From positions 59,212,001-59,276,000 of the forward strand of contig NC_087437.1 in NCBI RefSeq assembly GCF_036321535.1: a stretch of DNA of 64,000 bases, read 5' to 3'. Of this stretch, positions 1 through 13,060 are shown one piece after another. Every line of letters starts with the position of its first letter. Position 1 is the stretch's first letter. This DNA comes from Camelus dromedarius (lineage: Eukaryota). Under the pieces are notes generated by a model. It did no database searches, was not told where the DNA came from, and worked only from the letters and a program-made list of their open reading frames with translations. Position numbers and translations under genes: made by a program.

Positions 1-614
1 TGCTGCTTGACTTAGGGTGTCCACGTCAGGGTCTGTCTCACCAACAGGCCTGGATTTAGCTGCTTGGGCTGCAGTACATCTGGGAACAGGAAGGGGGGCT
101 TCCAAGACTCATCGGAGCCTCTGACTGTCCCATCAGGTCCCTGGAACCCTGGTCCCCTTTCCTTTCAACCCAGAGAGATAAGGCAAGTGGCTGGGGCAGT
201 GGGACCTGGGCTGGGTTCCTGCCTTGGCCCCTCCCCTGCCAGCCAGCCCTCCCCACCCTGCTGCCCTCCAGGCCAACCCAAGTCACACCTCCCCAGGGAA
301 GCCTTCCGTGACTGCGCCTCCTTTGGATTCCACAGGTGTCATGTCTTCTATTGAACACGTGGGTCCTTCTGCTTTGCATTCTGCTCAATTGCACCATCTG
401 ACCATGAGCCCCTGGGGGAGGAGTCCTGCCACCTGCAGCATCTCTTACCTGGCTGTGCACCCCAGCACCTGGCCTGGGGATGCTCACAGAGAAGGTGCTC
501 GGGCCCTGGATGTTGAATTGAACTAAATGTGCTTGTGGCTCTCATGAGCCTATAGCTAGCTATAGCTTACTCTTTGTCCTGCTTTGTGGATTGGGGCTCT
601 GTCAGCGTTGAGCC

Positions 615-830
615 CTAGGTACAAATTCTGACACCACTACCTACTAGCTGTGTGGTCTAGGGCTGCCCACTCCAGCTTGCCAAGCCTCAGTTTCCCAATG
701 CATGATTATAGCCCTATCCCTTAGTGTTAAAATTAGCACTCAACTGGATGATAAAGATGCTAAATTAGATGGTAATTAATAAAGCACTTAATACAGTGCC
801 TGGCAAATAATAAATGTTCTAATAATAAAA
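615..830. mobile_element. MIR SINE remnant
   Basis: MIR core-like text (AGCTGTGTGG...AGCCTCAGTTTCCC) followed by AAAGCACTTAATACAGTGCCTGGCA. Boundaries approximate. Confidence 0.6.
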
Positions 831-1973
831 GGTTGCCACATACATGCTTTATTTCTAGACTGACTATACTCTATTATGCAAACTGGACCCTGCTGGGAAT
901 AAAAGGGGCACTACTGATAATTATTCCACGAAGACAAGCATAAATGAGGGTGGAACCAGGCACACCTAGACATATGGTCACACTACTTATCCCCACCATT
1001 CACTAGGAGCTCTCTGAGCACAGGGACCAGGTCCCCTTCATCTCAGAATCCCCCTACTGTGACCTGCCTCCTGCCCCAGCCCAACACCACCCTGGCTGAG
1101 TATCTCCGGCGCTTCTCCCACCCAGGCAGGGGGACACAGAAAGTGCAGCCTGCCTGGAGCTGGGGACATGCTCTGAAACCTGGGAGGAGTGGTCAGCCTA
1201 TCTCCTGCCCTTGAGCAAGGACCCCAGGCCAGATTCCTCCCCTCTCCCATAGACCCCGGAGCCCTGCAGTGACCCCAAGAGACCTACCGTGAGGGGCAGG
1301 GACCGGCTGCCCTGGCTCTTCCTCGGGAATAGAAGGGCCTCTGGGATGGTCAGTGGTCAGCAGCCCTGGTGCTGGTCAAAGTTCCAGGCAGTGGTTCCTC
1401 CCCTCACGTGGCCTGAGTGTTCCTGGAACACCAGGGTCACAGGACAGCAGGAGAGAACCGAGGCAAGGCCTCTGAAGATTACGAAGTGACCCTGAACCTT
1501 TCCCATGGACAGATCCCCGTTGGGGCCAAAATCCAGCTAAGGAGTATGGGCTTGGCACCTTTAGGACCCCAAGGGCATCCACCTGGCCCTAGAAAGTTCC
1601 CAGGCGGCTGCTCCGGAGTCAGGGGACTGGAGTCAGGGGCCCACACTCACATCCCCTCCTGTGCAAGGCCGACCTCAGCTGGCAGCCGGCCCCAGGCACC
1701 TACCCGCTGACTCTCAATGCCAGGAGGAATTCCAAGGGGGTTGTGGGTTTGTTGTCTTGTGTTTGTTTCTCTATTTAATGCTTATTTAACTTGCTAAACC
1801 CCTTCTGAGTTAAAAGGGGGAAAAGAGATAGGGAGGGGAATTTTGGCCCAACGTGGAGAGGCACGCTTTCACCACTGGGATTATCCAAGGATGAAAGTTT
1901 GCTTTGGGAGGTAGTGATTTTCCAGCCCTGAAACTGTTCATCCAGGGGCTGCGGAACCAAGTCAAGAGTGCAC

Positions 1974-2015
1974 GTGTGTGTGTGTGTGTGTGTGTGTGAG
2001 TGTGTGTGAGAGAGA
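1974..2015. repeat. (TG)n/(AG)n microsatellite
   Basis: Direct reading. Confidence 0.95.
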
Positions 2016-2444
2016 CATACATACCTATGTGAAATCAAACTGCAGATGTGCACAGCTGGCTGGGCACTGGGCATATGTGTGCATGTGCACATTAAACGGG
2101 CGCTGAGTGAACGTCAATGCCTTTCTGGTGACGGAGAAGAAACTCCAGCCCAGGAACTGGAGGCCTGGTTGTAGTGCACGCTCAGCCTAGCTCACTAGCG
2201 ACGATGGGGACTTCACTTCCTGTGGGGATCCTACCTTCTTCATCTATAAAATGGGTTGAACCTATTAAGGCCCCTTCTGGCCACCATGACCCATAGATAT
2301 CATTGGTTATTTCATTTTTGGTCCTCATTCACTTTCCAAAGGCCTTTCCCAGCCCACAATCTGTCTGGGTCAGCCTTGCACCCGTGATGAGAGTAGAAAG
2401 GACAGGTGTGAGATCCCCTAGCCAAGACGCCCCGAGAGCACACT

Positions 2445-5400
2445 CATGGCCTGTGTATACCATTTATTGTTGATTTTGTACACCAAATTTGTTACAAATA
2501 GCATCCAGCAAAGACAGACCCCGAGCCCTGCCCACCAGGGCTTACACTCTATAAAACCCCGGGGGTCTAGAAATCTCTAAACGCATTTCCAAGCACCTGG
2601 GACTTTCGCAATGATTCTCTAAGCAAGGCAAACATGACCTAAGTTTGAAGGCAGCATGAAGGCAATGGCTGGTGAGAGCAATCTCTCCTTAGGGGAAGGA
2701 GAAAGCTTGGACTCAGGGGAGTTTGGCCAGGAGGAGTACCCGCCCACCCTCTCTGTCCTGCAGCGACAGCCTCCTCCCCAAGGCCATCACTGCCTCCCCT
2801 GCAACCCAGATTCAGTTCTGCTTGTGGGGTCTGTGGGCTGAATCCTTTGAGTGATTTCTAGCTAAAGGCTGGGCAACATCCAATGTCTGTTTACCAACTC
2901 TATTATCTAGTTTCTCTAGCTGCCTGCTTTCCGTAAGCTTCCTGAATTTGGAAATGATTCCTGAAACTGCTCTGCCTAAATCTGAAAGAGTGTAATGCTT
3001 GTCTGTTGCCCGTGAAGAGTTCTGAGAACTATGTTGTGCCTTTAAATTCTAACAAGGAGGAATAATATATACACAGCCCAAGAGTTCCCTTGAGAGAAGC
3101 CAGTTTTTCTTTAATGGATGGATGAGTTTAATTTTTCTCTTGTAATTTATAAAGCTTTTAATCCACACAGTACCAAGTGAGGTTCCAATGGCCAAGACTA
3201 GGGGGAGAAATAGGGCAGTGACTTCCATTTTCTTTTGGTTTAAAGACAAAAGCCCAGGACAGGCCATGGGGTCTTGTACAAAGTTTAAAGAGAGAAGAAA
3301 ACCCAGAGCCTGTTGAATCGTTGTGGAAAAACAGGAGGTTTTAGACCTCACGAGGGGAAAATGGCACTGCTCATGCACAGCGGTGTTGTGAGGGTAAAAA
3401 AGACTGTTAAGTGCTATGCACAGCAACATTTTTGAAAAACAGTGGTTCTCACTGGCTTTCATTGTCTTTGCTCAAACACCAACCCTCCACTCCAAATGGA
3501 GGCTGCTGATACTGGCAAGGTGAACTAGAAGCCAGTGAGCAAAGGGGAAAGTGAACTCAACTTTTGGGGGACCAAGCAGCTCACTCTAGCCCTAAGAAGT
3601 GAGCAAATGCACTGTCTGTTGGAAAGGAAACTCCATCCACATTTTCTGGCAGCTCCCTGAGCAGGCGACGTGGTTCAGAGAGACCAAAAGGCCTGCCAGG
3701 GAAGAGGAGGTCTGGTGGCTCCCTCCAGTACACTCCAATGGGAGAAAGGATCAGGCAAGCTCAGAAAGTCAGGTAAAGGGTCCACAACCCCTACCTAGGT
3801 CCTCCTGGGGGGAGTCATCTGAGGACAGCTGTCCTCAGACCAGCCTTTGGCCTGGAGACACAAGTTAATATCCAGAGACGAAAATAGCCCCAGGTCATGG
3901 CCAATGCCATCAAAACCTAGAGGTCTGGGTTCAGATTGGCAGGGCACACTGGATGAACGGGATGCCTTCCTAAACCTCTCTGCCATCTCCGGCCCACATG
4001 TACACTTGCACAATGAGACACTGGAGCCTACTCACAAGGGGCACCTTGAGGAACGCAGTGGCAAACCATGCTTCCTGTCTGCAGAAGAGAAGCCAGGCTT
4101 CCCTGTTGGGCCTCAGGCTCAATAAAGCAGGTCACCATCAGTGGAACGATGCCCATGCTCCAAGCTCTGGGCTCACTTCCTTTTGGACCCTGGAAAGCCT
4201 TGGTACATGTCCACCACTTGCTGTAAATATTTTGAATACATTTTAGAGATCCAGATTTACCTTTGGGATATGCTGTCTTTTGCCTCTGATAGGCCCCATC
4301 TCTTCCCGAGTCCCTGGGACAGGGAGTGAAAAGTTACAAAGTGCACTAGTTCTTACACACATCCATTCCTGGACTCTTTTTACTGGGACCCTGTCAGCAT
4401 CGTGCTACTAAGGCCCCAGAGGATTCCTTATTTGTCTCATGGGGCAGAGGGAACTAGCAAGGGCCAGTCAGGATTGATGGTGAATTTCCAAATCCTTACA
4501 GTGTTGGCTGCAGCTCTTTCCTGGGCAGAAACAGACACCTGAAACTCCCCAATTCACTTTTTTTAACCTCTAAGCTGGTAGACCAGTTGTCCAGAAGAAG
4601 ACCTGCATTGCCATGACTGTACTGTCTTTGTTAATGTGAATATGTGTGTAGCGGGAAGGGTGGCGAGGGCAGATGTTCATGTGACAGTAACTCTGGACCA
4701 AACAGCTCAACCCTTGTAACCACACCACAGGCAGGGAGAAGCTCCAGAGAGGGCCTTGACCCACTGTAACCTGTCTGTGTACGCTGATGTTGCCTGCTGT
4801 GTTTGAGAATGCTGAAGTTCAGTTTCTAGCTGACTGTAACATAGATGGAGAATTTTACCACGACATTAGAGGGATTGCTGGATTCCATTACACTTGGCCG
4901 TCCAATTAAAGGATCTCATCTCTGAGCTATTTCACGTCCCCCAAGTGGAGAGTGAAAATTAAAAACAGATATAGGCATATGATGTCCATAAAAGGCACAG
5001 GCAGAGGTGCCTCCAAAGAGAAACACACAGCTTGTTGGCAGGGGAGGGTGTGTGGTTGCATGGGCTCCTCTAGTTGAGATGCTTCTGACCTGGCCAGTCT
5101 CGGTGCCTCAAGGTCTGGGATTTAATACAATCTCATGCCCAGGTCAGAGTATACCTATGTCTCCTCCTCCACCCCTGGCAGCTGGGCCTTTGCAAGGGCT
5201 GGCGGGGGTGGGGGTTGGGCAGTGAGGAGCCCATCCCAGGTCGGGAGCCAGATCCCAGGTAAGTCCATGCCACCTCCACAAGCCCCAGTCTTCTCCAGTG
5301 AAAGGCCAGGATGGAGAATCCTGGTGATGCCTCGTTTCTTGATCTGGTGCTGATTACATGGCTGTGTAGTTTGTGAAAACCCATCAAACTACACACTATC

Positions 5401-6335
5401 ACGCTCCCACTTTTCTGTTATGTATGTTGCACTTCCATAAAAAGTTGAAAGGGAAAAACCCTAGGGGTGAACACAAGGACCTCCAGGTACCAGGTTGCCT
5501 TCCCCATCCAGTACCAATAAGCTGATTTTCATGTTTTTAGGGGGTCAGAAATTCGACATGATTTTATTCCTTAAAGGACTAACACTTTCAAAGCAAAGCT
5601 GGCAGCTAAGCAATACCTTTCTCCAAGAGGCTGGAATTATTGCACAGGTGCCTTTCTTCCTTTTTCAGATAAAAATCACAAGAGAGACACTGATGATGGC
5701 TCTGTCTCTAAGAAATGAAAAGCCTCATTTTTCTTTTCTCTCTTTCATAGCATCCTGAAAGCCAGGGCATTTGGCAGTTCTTAAGAAATCAGCTGAATGG
5801 TCTGAAGCCTTCTTTGAAGAGAGAAGTCACCTTGCCTTCAGGAGCAGGAAATGAAGGGAGATCTTTCATTTGAGGGGACAGTGGAGAGCCATGCCACAAA
5901 GATGAGGAGCAAAGAAGGGAAATCAGCTTACATAATACTTGGGATAGAGGCTGTCCCAGTGGAGAACTTTTCCCACAAAGTGGGCAAGCGTGTAATAATT
6001 GTGTGTATAAAGGCCAGTGGGGCCACGGGCACAGGAGAGGTTGTTCTTGGAGGAGAGCTGGTGAGGCTTTAGAAGAGAGGCTTTCTTGAAAGAAACCCAA
6101 GGATGTGAGTTGGGAACCCCACAGGGTTTTGGACATGTTAGACCTCCCTGGTGGTAAGAAGGCTTCTACAGGAGAACCAGGCAGGCCAGGACAAGGTGGA
6201 GGCACCTTTCTCTAGGGGACCAGAGCAAGGGAGCAAGGGGATGGCTCTGGAGGCCCAGGGATGGAGGCAGAATGATGAAATCCCGGATCCTCTGGTGGTC
6301 CCACCATTCCCCAGCCCTGCCTCCAGCCTGCCTCT
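2445..6335 (-). other. LRRC15: LRRC15 3'UTR (end approximate)
   Basis: Spans the TAG stop at 6336-6338 to the candidate AATAAA at 2463-2468. Confidence 0.6.
2463..2468 (-). terminator. LRRC15: Likely LRRC15 polyadenylation signal (AATAAA)
   Basis: TTTATT on + is AATAAA on -. It is preceded on the mRNA strand by two TGTA (CFIm-type) elements and gives a ~3.9 kb 3'UTR. Confidence 0.65.
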
Positions 6336-8090
6336 CTAACACTCATTGGGTGCTTTCATCTGCATCAGGACTGCGTGGTTCCTCTTCTTGCAGCAACAAC
6401 AGCAGATGCAGGCGGCCAGGGAGCAGGCCAGGGCAATGATGCCAATGACAATGGCGGCAATGGCCAGCCCTCTCTGGGCCTGGGTCATGCCCCCTGTGCC
6501 ACGGTCATCAGTGGCCACAATGGTGGTGAGATCGGTGTAGTCCTCCGTGATGCTGGTGAAGTCAGTGCTGGAGGAGATGGAGGTAGTGTCAGGGTAGCTA
6601 GGGGTGTCCGGGTACCTGGGTGTCTCTGGGTAGCTGGGCACATGGGGGACCACTGGGCCATGAACACTGGGGACAGCAACATTGACATTGATGATGATGA
6701 GGGACTGGCCTCGGACACTGGCTGGGCTGAAACATACCGGGAGTGTGTCTGTCCCCAACCTGACCTTGTTAAGCAGGAGCCAATCGCGGAGCGGAAGGAT
6801 GTCTGAGTCACACCTCCAGGGGTTGTCATAGAGCCGCAGCTCACACAGCTTCCCCAGGTGATCAAAGATGCCCAAGGGAAGGTTCTCCAGCTGGTTGTTC
6901 TGCAGTTGGATGGTCATGAGGCCATTGACGTTGGCGAAGATATTCCCTGGGAGCTGCCTGAGGCGGTTGTTCTGTAGGGAGATGTTCTGAAGGTTGGCCA
7001 GCATGCGGAAGACGCTCCCGTCCAGCTCCTGCAGCGCATTGGTGTGGAGGGACAGCTCCCGCAGCTCCACCAGCCCATTGAAGGCATCCGGTGAGATGTA
7101 GCTGATCTGGTTGCGGCTGAGGATCAGGACCTGCAACTGGTGGAGGCTGCTGAAGACGTTGTCAGGGAGGGAAGTGATGTGGTTGTCGTAGAGCCACAGC
7201 TCACGCAGGTTGTGCATGGGTCCAAAGATGCCCGGTGAGAGCTCCTTCAGGGAATTCCCAAAGAGCGTGAGCCGGTTGAGCTGGGGAAGCTGCATGAAGA
7301 TGCCAGGGGGCAGCTGGGAGATGTGGTTGTTGGACAGGTAGAGCTTCTGGAGGTTCCGGTTGCTGTGGAAGAGGCCAGGGGACAGCACACTGATCTGGTT
7401 CTGCTGCAGGGCCAGCTCCTGGAGGTTGCCAAGTGCATCAAAAGTGCCCATGGGGATGTCCGAGAGCCTGTTCTCATACAGCCGGAGGACCTGGAGGTTG
7501 CCCAGGTGTTGGAAGACCCTGGGCGAGAGGTGAGTGAGGCTATTCTTGCCCAGGTTGAGCTTGGTGAGGCCCACCAAGTGGTCGAAGACCCCATCGGGGA
7601 TGTATTCCAGGTGGTTGCCATGGAGCTGCAGTTCCTTGAGGTTGCTGAACTGGGAGAAGTGGGCTGGCTGGATCTGCACCAGCTGGTTGCTGGACAGAAG
7701 GAGCGACTCGAGGTTGTCCAGGCCCTGGAAGAGGCCAATGGGCAGAACCTGAAGCTTGTTGTTGGCGAGGCTGAGGTAGCGCAGCGAGCCCAGGTTGCGG
7801 AAGGCCCCAGGCATGATGTGGGACAGCTCATTCTTCTCAATCCTCAGGGCGATCAGGGCCGAGATGTTGAGGAACGGCGCCTCGCTGAGTTCGGTGATGT
7901 GTGTGTTGAGGATCTGCAGGCTCATGGCGTTCCAGGGCAGAGGGGTGGGCACCGCCACGATGCGCGCCCCTGTGCACTCCACCTGGGAGGCCCTGGAGCA
8001 GGTACACTCGCTCGGGCAGCCATAGTAGGCGAGGCCCACAGCCCAGGCTTGGCAGCCCACCAGCAAAAGGAGATAATGTTTCAGTGGCAT
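6336..8090 (-). CDS. LRRC15: Leucine-rich repeat-containing protein 15, 584 aa, whole CDS in one exon
   Basis: Starts MPLKHYLLLLVGCQAW (signal peptide; ATG at 8090 in GCCATG context). Then LRRNT (CPSECTC), ~15 LRRs, LRRCT (NPWRCDSDI), Pro/Ser/Thr stalk, TM helix (GLAIAAIVIGIIALACSLAA), CCCCC, and C-terminus QMKAPNEC. Acceptor TCTGTCTCCTTGCAG ends at 8096. Confidence 0.97.
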   Translation of the reverse strand: MPLKHYLLLLVGCQAWAVGLAYYGCPSECTCSRASQVECTGARIVAVPTPLPWNAMSLQILNTHITELSEAPFLNISALIALRIEKNELSHIMPGAFRNLGSLRYLSLANNKLQVLPIGLFQGLDNLESLLLSSNQLVQIQPAHFSQFSNLKELQLHGNHLEYIPDGVFDHLVGLTKLNLGKNSLTHLSPRVFQHLGNLQVLRLYENRLSDIPMGTFDALGNLQELALQQNQISVLSPGLFHSNRNLQKLYLSNNHISQLPPGIFMQLPQLNRLTLFGNSLKELSPGIFGPMHNLRELWLYDNHITSLPDNVFSSLHQLQVLILSRNQISYISPDAFNGLVELRELSLHTNALQELDGSVFRMLANLQNISLQNNRLRQLPGNIFANVNGLMTIQLQNNQLENLPLGIFDHLGKLCELRLYDNPWRCDSDILPLRDWLLLNKVRLGTDTLPVCFSPASVRGQSLIIINVNVAVPSVHGPVVPHVPSYPETPRYPDTPSYPDTTSISSSTDFTSITEDYTDLTTIVATDDRGTGGMTQAQRGLAIAAIVIGIIALACSLAACICCCCCKKRNHAVLMQMKAPNEC

Positions 8091-9235
8091 GGCCTCTGCA
8101 AGGAGACAGAGCACACATGTGTCAGGGCCGCCCTTCACCAATGCTGCAGCTATTTTTAAGGCAACTTTGGGTGCCAAACACTGGCTTGCCTTTGGACCCA
8201 TCACTGCACAGCCATCTCATGCTGCCTGCGGTCTGGTCTGCAAGCCTCTTGGCCTTCCCCCACGCCTTCCTACTTCCATGTCTTTGCCCAAGCAATTCCC
8301 CCTGCCTGGAGAGCACTCCTTCCTCATCCAAACCTTCCCCACGCTTCTAAGTCTAGCTCAGATGCGTCACCTCCAGGAAGCTTTCTCAGATTCCATGAGT
8401 CAGCATTAGTTACCCTCCCGTGCAGGCAGTCTTCCCAGCCTCCATCATGGCCTGTGCCGGGGTGGCCGCATGTGGCACTCGTTGTGCGGCCGTCCATCAC
8501 CTTCACCAGTCAATAAGCTTTGCAAGGGCAGGGATGCTCATCTCCCACCCCATGGGCTCCTTCAGTCAGGAACAGTATCTTGTCCATCTCTGTACCCTCA
8601 CGGCACCTGGACCTGCTGGTTGAACATGGCTTCCTCAGGAGGACAGACAGGAAATGAGAACAAATAAACAGGGCCTGAACCTGGGGGAAGACGCTAAAGC
8701 CAGAAACATGGCGGCCTGCTGGGAAGAGCTGCAGCAGCCAGCAGAGGCGGGACTACTCTGGAATCTCATGGAAAAGACTGCAGGAAAGCTCAGCTTCCCC
8801 TCTCCCTGGGCCCTGTCCCGCACCAGCCACCAACAACCTGCCCCTGTGTTAGCACTTTCACAAGGCTGGGCTTAAACCAAACCGTCTTCCCAATAAAAGG
8901 AAGTGATCTGCTCCACTTCCTGTCTTGCTGGAAGGGGCTGCTGTGTGTCAGCGACGTCTGGACTCTGCCTTCTGGGTACTAGTCTCAGTTTCCAAAAGAA
9001 ACACTGAGTGGCTTTGAGGAAATCTCAGAAAACTTAGGATGTACTTTGAGCTGACAGGTTGTAGGCCCAGATGCTCCTGTAGACATGGTGCTAATCTGGG
9101 AATAGAGTCAAATCTTCCTCAGGGAAGGTTTGGTGTTTGAAGTCAGGTCTATAAACTATATAGAAGGTGGAGACGTGGGGATAGTTAAGGACCACCCACT
9201 AGCTGTCTGACCCTGAATGAAGCTTGAGGCCTCAT

Positions 9236-9248
9236 AATATATAAATAT

Positions 9249-9281
<33 letters not shown>

Positions 9282-9300
9282 ATACACATACATATATATA
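9236..9300. repeat. (TA)n(TG)n compound microsatellite
   Basis: Direct reading; abuts the L1 fragment. Confidence 0.9.
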
Positions 9301-9710
9301 CAATGGGATACTACTCATCCATAAAAAAGACTACAATAATGCCATTTGCAGCAACATAGATGGACCTGGAGATTGTCATGCTAAGTGAAGTAAGCCAAAA
9401 AGAGAAAGACAAATACCATATGATATCACTTATATGTGGAATCTAAAAAAAAGAGACAAATGAACTTTACAAAACAGAAACAGATTCACAGACATAGAAA
9501 ACAAAATTGTGGTTACCAGGGGGGAAAAGGAGGAGGTGGAAGGATAAATTGGGACTTTGGGATTTGCAGATACACACTACTATATATAAAATAGGTAAAC
9601 AACATGGTCTTACTGCAGAGCACAGGGAACTGTATTATTCAATACCTTGTAATAGCCTATAATGAAAAAGAATATGAAAAGGAATATATATGTACATTGG
9701 TATAACTGAT
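9301..9710 (+). mobile_element. L1 ORF2-end/3'UTR fragment, relatively young, antisense in the LRRC15 intron
   Basis: ATAATGCCATTTGCAGCAACATAGATGGACCTGGAGATTGTCATGCTAAGTGAAGTAAG...ATCACTTATATGTGGAATCT is a typical L1 3' end. Confidence 0.9.
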
Positions 9711-10269
9711 AGTGGGTAAGAGAGTTACTAGATGAAGGAGAGCTTAAGGTTTTAGGAAGGGGCAAATGGATTGATACTGGTATCATAAACTAATCAAAGG
9801 TGTATGAGGGAGGAACAGGTTTAAATAGGGAGAATGGGAAGCGTTCAGTGAGAGGTATCTGTAAGACAGCTTGGAGATCGTGTGGAATTTGCTTCTACAT
9901 ATTCTGTTAGATAAAATTCCGGAAAGTTTAGTAGATAGTATTCAAATTTTGTTACATTTTGAAAGATTATCCTTTACAAGTATTGTACCTGTGAAAACAG
10001 TCTCAGCATATGGATCATCTGCTTCTCCAAACTCTCAATACCATTGACATTATAATCTTTTTTAAGTTGTGTTTATCTGATAGAATAAAATCTATATCTT
10101 GCTTTTAAAAAATAATAACAACTTGACAAATGGAGTCTAGATGCAAAGGAAAGCGGCCAGATTAAGCTATGGACACACCTAAGAGGATAAGCTTGCCTAG
10201 ACAAATGTCAGCTCCAGAACTTGAGAGCAGAAAATGAACAGCTTAGACAAGAGGTACTGAAAAAGTACC

Positions 10270-10815
10270 TTAACATCCACCCCTGGAGAAAGGCTTACAG
10301 CTTTTTATTGACAGTAACAGAGAAAGGAGACTGCCCGCAAAAGCTAATGCGATCTTAGCCTGCATTAGCAGAAGTATTACGTGTGAAACAAAGGAGGTGA
10401 TGGTGGTATTGTGCACTGCCTTGATCAATCCACACCTATATTGCTGGCTCTGGTCCACCCTGAACTTCAAGAGGCCAATGACACACTGATGAAGGTCTTC
10501 TAGAGAAGGGTAAGCAGAAGATAAGGAACCAGAAACCAGAACACCTGAGCATCCATTGAAGGAACTGTAGATGAACAGCTAGAAGGAGAGAAGATGTAAG
10601 CAAGCAGCAGGTTTTAGCTCACCACCAAAGTCAGCTTGTCTGAGTCAGAGTGGACAACCCCACAGAGGTAGTAAGCTCCCTGTCACCAAAAATCTTCAAG
10701 CAGAAACTGAGTAACTACTTGGTAAGGAAGCTGGAGAGAAGATTACTCCACCTGGTAGGGGACTGGACTAGATGACAGCTGACGTCCTGCCCATCCCCAA
10801 GATTTTAGGATTCCA
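10270..10815 (+). mobile_element. CR1/L3 LINE 3' remnant
   Basis: AAAGCTAATGCGATCTTAGCCTGCATTAGCAGAAG...GGACTAGATGAC resembles the L3/CR1 RT end and 3' tail. Confidence 0.6.
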
Positions 10816-12934
10816 AGGGTGAGTCCCAGAACAAGGATATGAGATCCATCTACCAGGACAACTGTGCGTGCGCTCCCAGGGGGTCAGCGCAGACAGGTAT
10901 GGGTGTTTGCCCATCCCCTTGATACATGTGTGTGAGAGAGATTTGCCCCTTGGACTGACTTAGAAAAGGTGGAGCTCTAATCACTCCTGGTAATGAACCA
11001 TCCAGTACTTATTTTGTGTACTCTTACGCCCACAATGCTTCAAAATGGTGCTGTACCCCAAGTATCAGAGACTAAATTAAAGTGTCTGGCAAGCCCAGGG
11101 CAGTCTCTGTTGAGTTTCCCCATCAGTAAATGAGAGTATGGAACAAGATGCACTCCAAAGATCTATCTCAGACCTTCTCAGAGTGTGCACTCCCAGCTGG
11201 GGAGGGGGCATCCAGGCAGCCCAGGAAGGGCCAGGGCCAGGGGGCGATGCCTTATGACTTGGGAGGAGGAGGGAAGAAGATTCCTTATGGGAACACAGCC
11301 ACTATTGTCTAAAATGGACCATACTCAGTTTGACAAATATTGCAAGAATCTACAGAATTTTTCCTTTTTCTAAATCCTCATGTCGGCAGAGCCCACCCCA
11401 GCACCACATGGAGTGGTTTCCTATTTTCCAGCACTTGTCACTGCCACAGCTGGTACTGATTACTCCAAAGGACCTCCTGAGAGCCCACCTCAGACCCAAC
11501 AGCAGAGCCCTCCCGGGAGGGAGGGGCCGCAGGAGCAGGGCCGGAGAGCCAGCCGGCCCTTGGATTTTCAGAAAGTGTTACAAGCATCCGTGGCAGCCTG
11601 AGGCCCTCAGGAGCCCGGCACACAGCAGCCTAATAGCCAACGCTGCCCGATGCCGCTTGGCAGCTGTGACAAATGCCAGTTAAAGACCCACAAAGCTGCC
11701 CTAATTACACCCTCCTCCTCCAGGTGGCCAAACGTGTCCTCAGTCACTGTGGGGACTCCATCCAGCCCCTGTCCTGGGATGGGGCGCAGCCTGGCGTCTG
11801 TTGCTGGCCGGGGGAATTCATTGAGTGGCAGACACAAAGAAGGACAGACAGACAGCTCACCTGGACACTCTGACGCGGTTCCTCCCCAGGAGGAGAAGCG
11901 CTTGGGACCAGGCGCTCTGACTCTGGGTCTCTTTAGCAAGAAATGCCTATGACTCATAAGCCAACACATAATTAGCCTGGAAGCCCTGGGCTTTGCCGGT
12001 TGGTGGGCTGGGACTTTTGGGTTTAATACCATCATTCACATTCCCTAAACAGGAGGTTCCCTGGGAGGAGATGCCTTCCTATTTCAACGCCACGGAGCCA
12101 AGCTTTGGGAAAGAGCCTTGGAGATGGACGCACTGCTCAGCCTTGACTCTGAGTTGGAGTGTGAGTGTAGGTCAATTCCCCAGGCCTCCGGTTCTCCTCC
12201 TGTAAAGAGTCCCAAGGGCCCTGGGCAGCTCACCAGAGACAGAAAGGAGATTTGGCCTGAAACCTCACCTTTCCCACCATTTCTTATAGGTCACACCCAA
12301 CCTCCAGCAGCGCCACCTTCAGACTGAGGCTTGAGAACCTCGTATCATTGTTTACAAGCCCATCTTGCTTCAAAAGTTTTCCAGGCAGGGCAATTCCATT
12401 TGTTAATCGGTGCATCTTCACATGGCCACATTTCATGGATCAGGATGCTGAGAAAGGCTTAGGGAGCCTCTGGTCCTGCCCTCTCCCAGTGCACCAGGGG
12501 AAATTGAGGCCCAGAGAGAAGATCTCCCTCCCTGGCCTGTGCCCTCCCCCCACAGAGGTCTCCCTACACATGGCCTCTTCTGCTTTGAGATGCTGCCCTG
12601 TCCAATGGAGAGAGGAGCCAGGCTTGAGGCTGTGTTGTCTCCCCTGCACACAGCCAGTATCGCTCCTCTCTGCACAGTCCACCAGATCCAAAGTCACTGA
12701 CTGAGCGGCTCAGTGTGTCCTGACCGCCCCATCTCACTTAAAGGGGGTAACCACTACCTCCTCCAGGTCAGTACATAAACACCACCTGGAAATGCCTGGG
12801 AAGCTTGCTTAATAGACCCAACCTCACAGCATTACAGCAATGAGGAGTAACTGAGTTCATGCATGGAAAGTACTTGGACTTGTTTTTGGCCCCAAATGAG
12901 TACCTGATAAATTATTCTTCATCCTACTGTTGAG

Positions 12935-13060
12935 TAAAATCAGAATCTCTGGAGTTTCTACCCACAGAGATCCTAATCCTTGGATGGGAGGTGGGAACCA
13001 ACACCCTGCATATGTAACAAATTCCCCAAGTGACTCTGATGCAGGGGTCCCATACACACA
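12935..13060. mobile_element. MER5-like hAT-Charlie remnant
   Basis: AATCAGAATCTCTGG...TGTAACAAATTCCCCAAGTGACTCTGATGCA. Confidence 0.55.

Noticed and set aside
550..565. Perfect 16-bp palindrome CTATAGCTAGCTATAG
   Set aside because: About one palindrome this long is expected by chance in 64 kb, and it has no supporting context.
1..2400. CPN2 exon 1 or promoter expected from human synteny
   Set aside because: No exon could be identified; it probably lies left of the window. FOXA/HNF1-like words near 1760-1790 are too weak to call.
7247..8159. Long antisense (278 aa) and alternate-frame (197 aa) ORFs over LRRC15; similar ORFs over GP5
   Set aside because: Expected shadows of GC3-rich, Leu-rich coding sequence that lacks off-frame stops. 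No independent signals.
8091..8204. 38-aa N-terminal extension of LRRC15 in the ORF track
   Set aside because: It lies almost entirely upstream of the acceptor at 8096 and is intronic. The signal peptide starts at ATG 8090.
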